Origin: the human T2T-CHM13v2.0 reference genome, Homo sapiens
Strand: one strand, 5' to 3'
Length of the DNA stretch: 64,000 nucleotides
NCBI RefSeq assembly: GCF_009914755.1
Contig: NC_060936.1
Positions within the stretch are counted from its first letter, which is position 1. Every line of letters begins with the position of its first letter. Under the pieces are notes generated by a model, which saw only the letters and a program-made list of their open reading frames with translations, had not been told where the DNA came from and did no database searches. Position numbers and translations under genes: made by a program. Below are positions 63,750 through 64,000 of the stretch, piece by piece.

Positions 63750-64000
63750 GGTTGGGGTGCAGTGGCTGACACCTGTAACCCCAGCACTTTGGGAGACCGA
63801 AGCGGGCAGATCACATGAGATCAGGAGTTCAAGACCAGGCTGGCCAACATGGTGAAACCCCGTCTCTATTAAAAATACAAAATTAGCTGGGCGTGGTGGT
63901 GCACGCCTGTAGTCCCAGCTTCTTGGGAGGTTGAGGCACGAGAATTGCTTGAACCCGGGAGGCAGAGGTTGCGGTAAGCCAATATCGCGCCACTGCACTC
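63750..64000 (+). mobile_element. AluS running off the window end
   Basis: Alu left and right arm sequence. Confidence 0.92.

Overview
Primate (human-like) genomic DNA, AT-rich and repeat-dense. The window holds an ovostatin-type alpha-2-macroglobulin (A2M) family locus on the minus strand. It best fits the human OVOS1P/OVOS2P paralog pair; OVOS1P is slightly favoured, from memory only. Exon numbers below follow A2M. Manual splicing gives two diverged exon blocks in tandem. Block A (35580->834) has exons 6-29 in one open frame of 1078 codons. Its exon 30 is cut after 43 nt by a SATR-type satellite/ERV-pol segment at the left edge. Block A has lost the thioester Cys (PYGGGEQN) and has one GT>GA donor. 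Block B (62225->46934, continuing beyond the right edge) has exons 9-17 of an ancient paralog (42% aa identity in exon 16). It has the same intron phases, a different bait-region exon, one nonsense codon and one frameshift. I found no B exons 18+ and no A exons 1-5 between the blocks. The locus therefore looks like either one gene with two alternative multi-exon MG/bait cassettes, or a deletion-fusion of two genes. A full-length, dead L1PA3 without a target-site duplication sits between the blocks, with its antisense promoter aimed at block A. The rest is Alu, SVA, LTR, DNA-transposon and old L1 sequence. No rRNA, tRNA or CRISPR features were seen.
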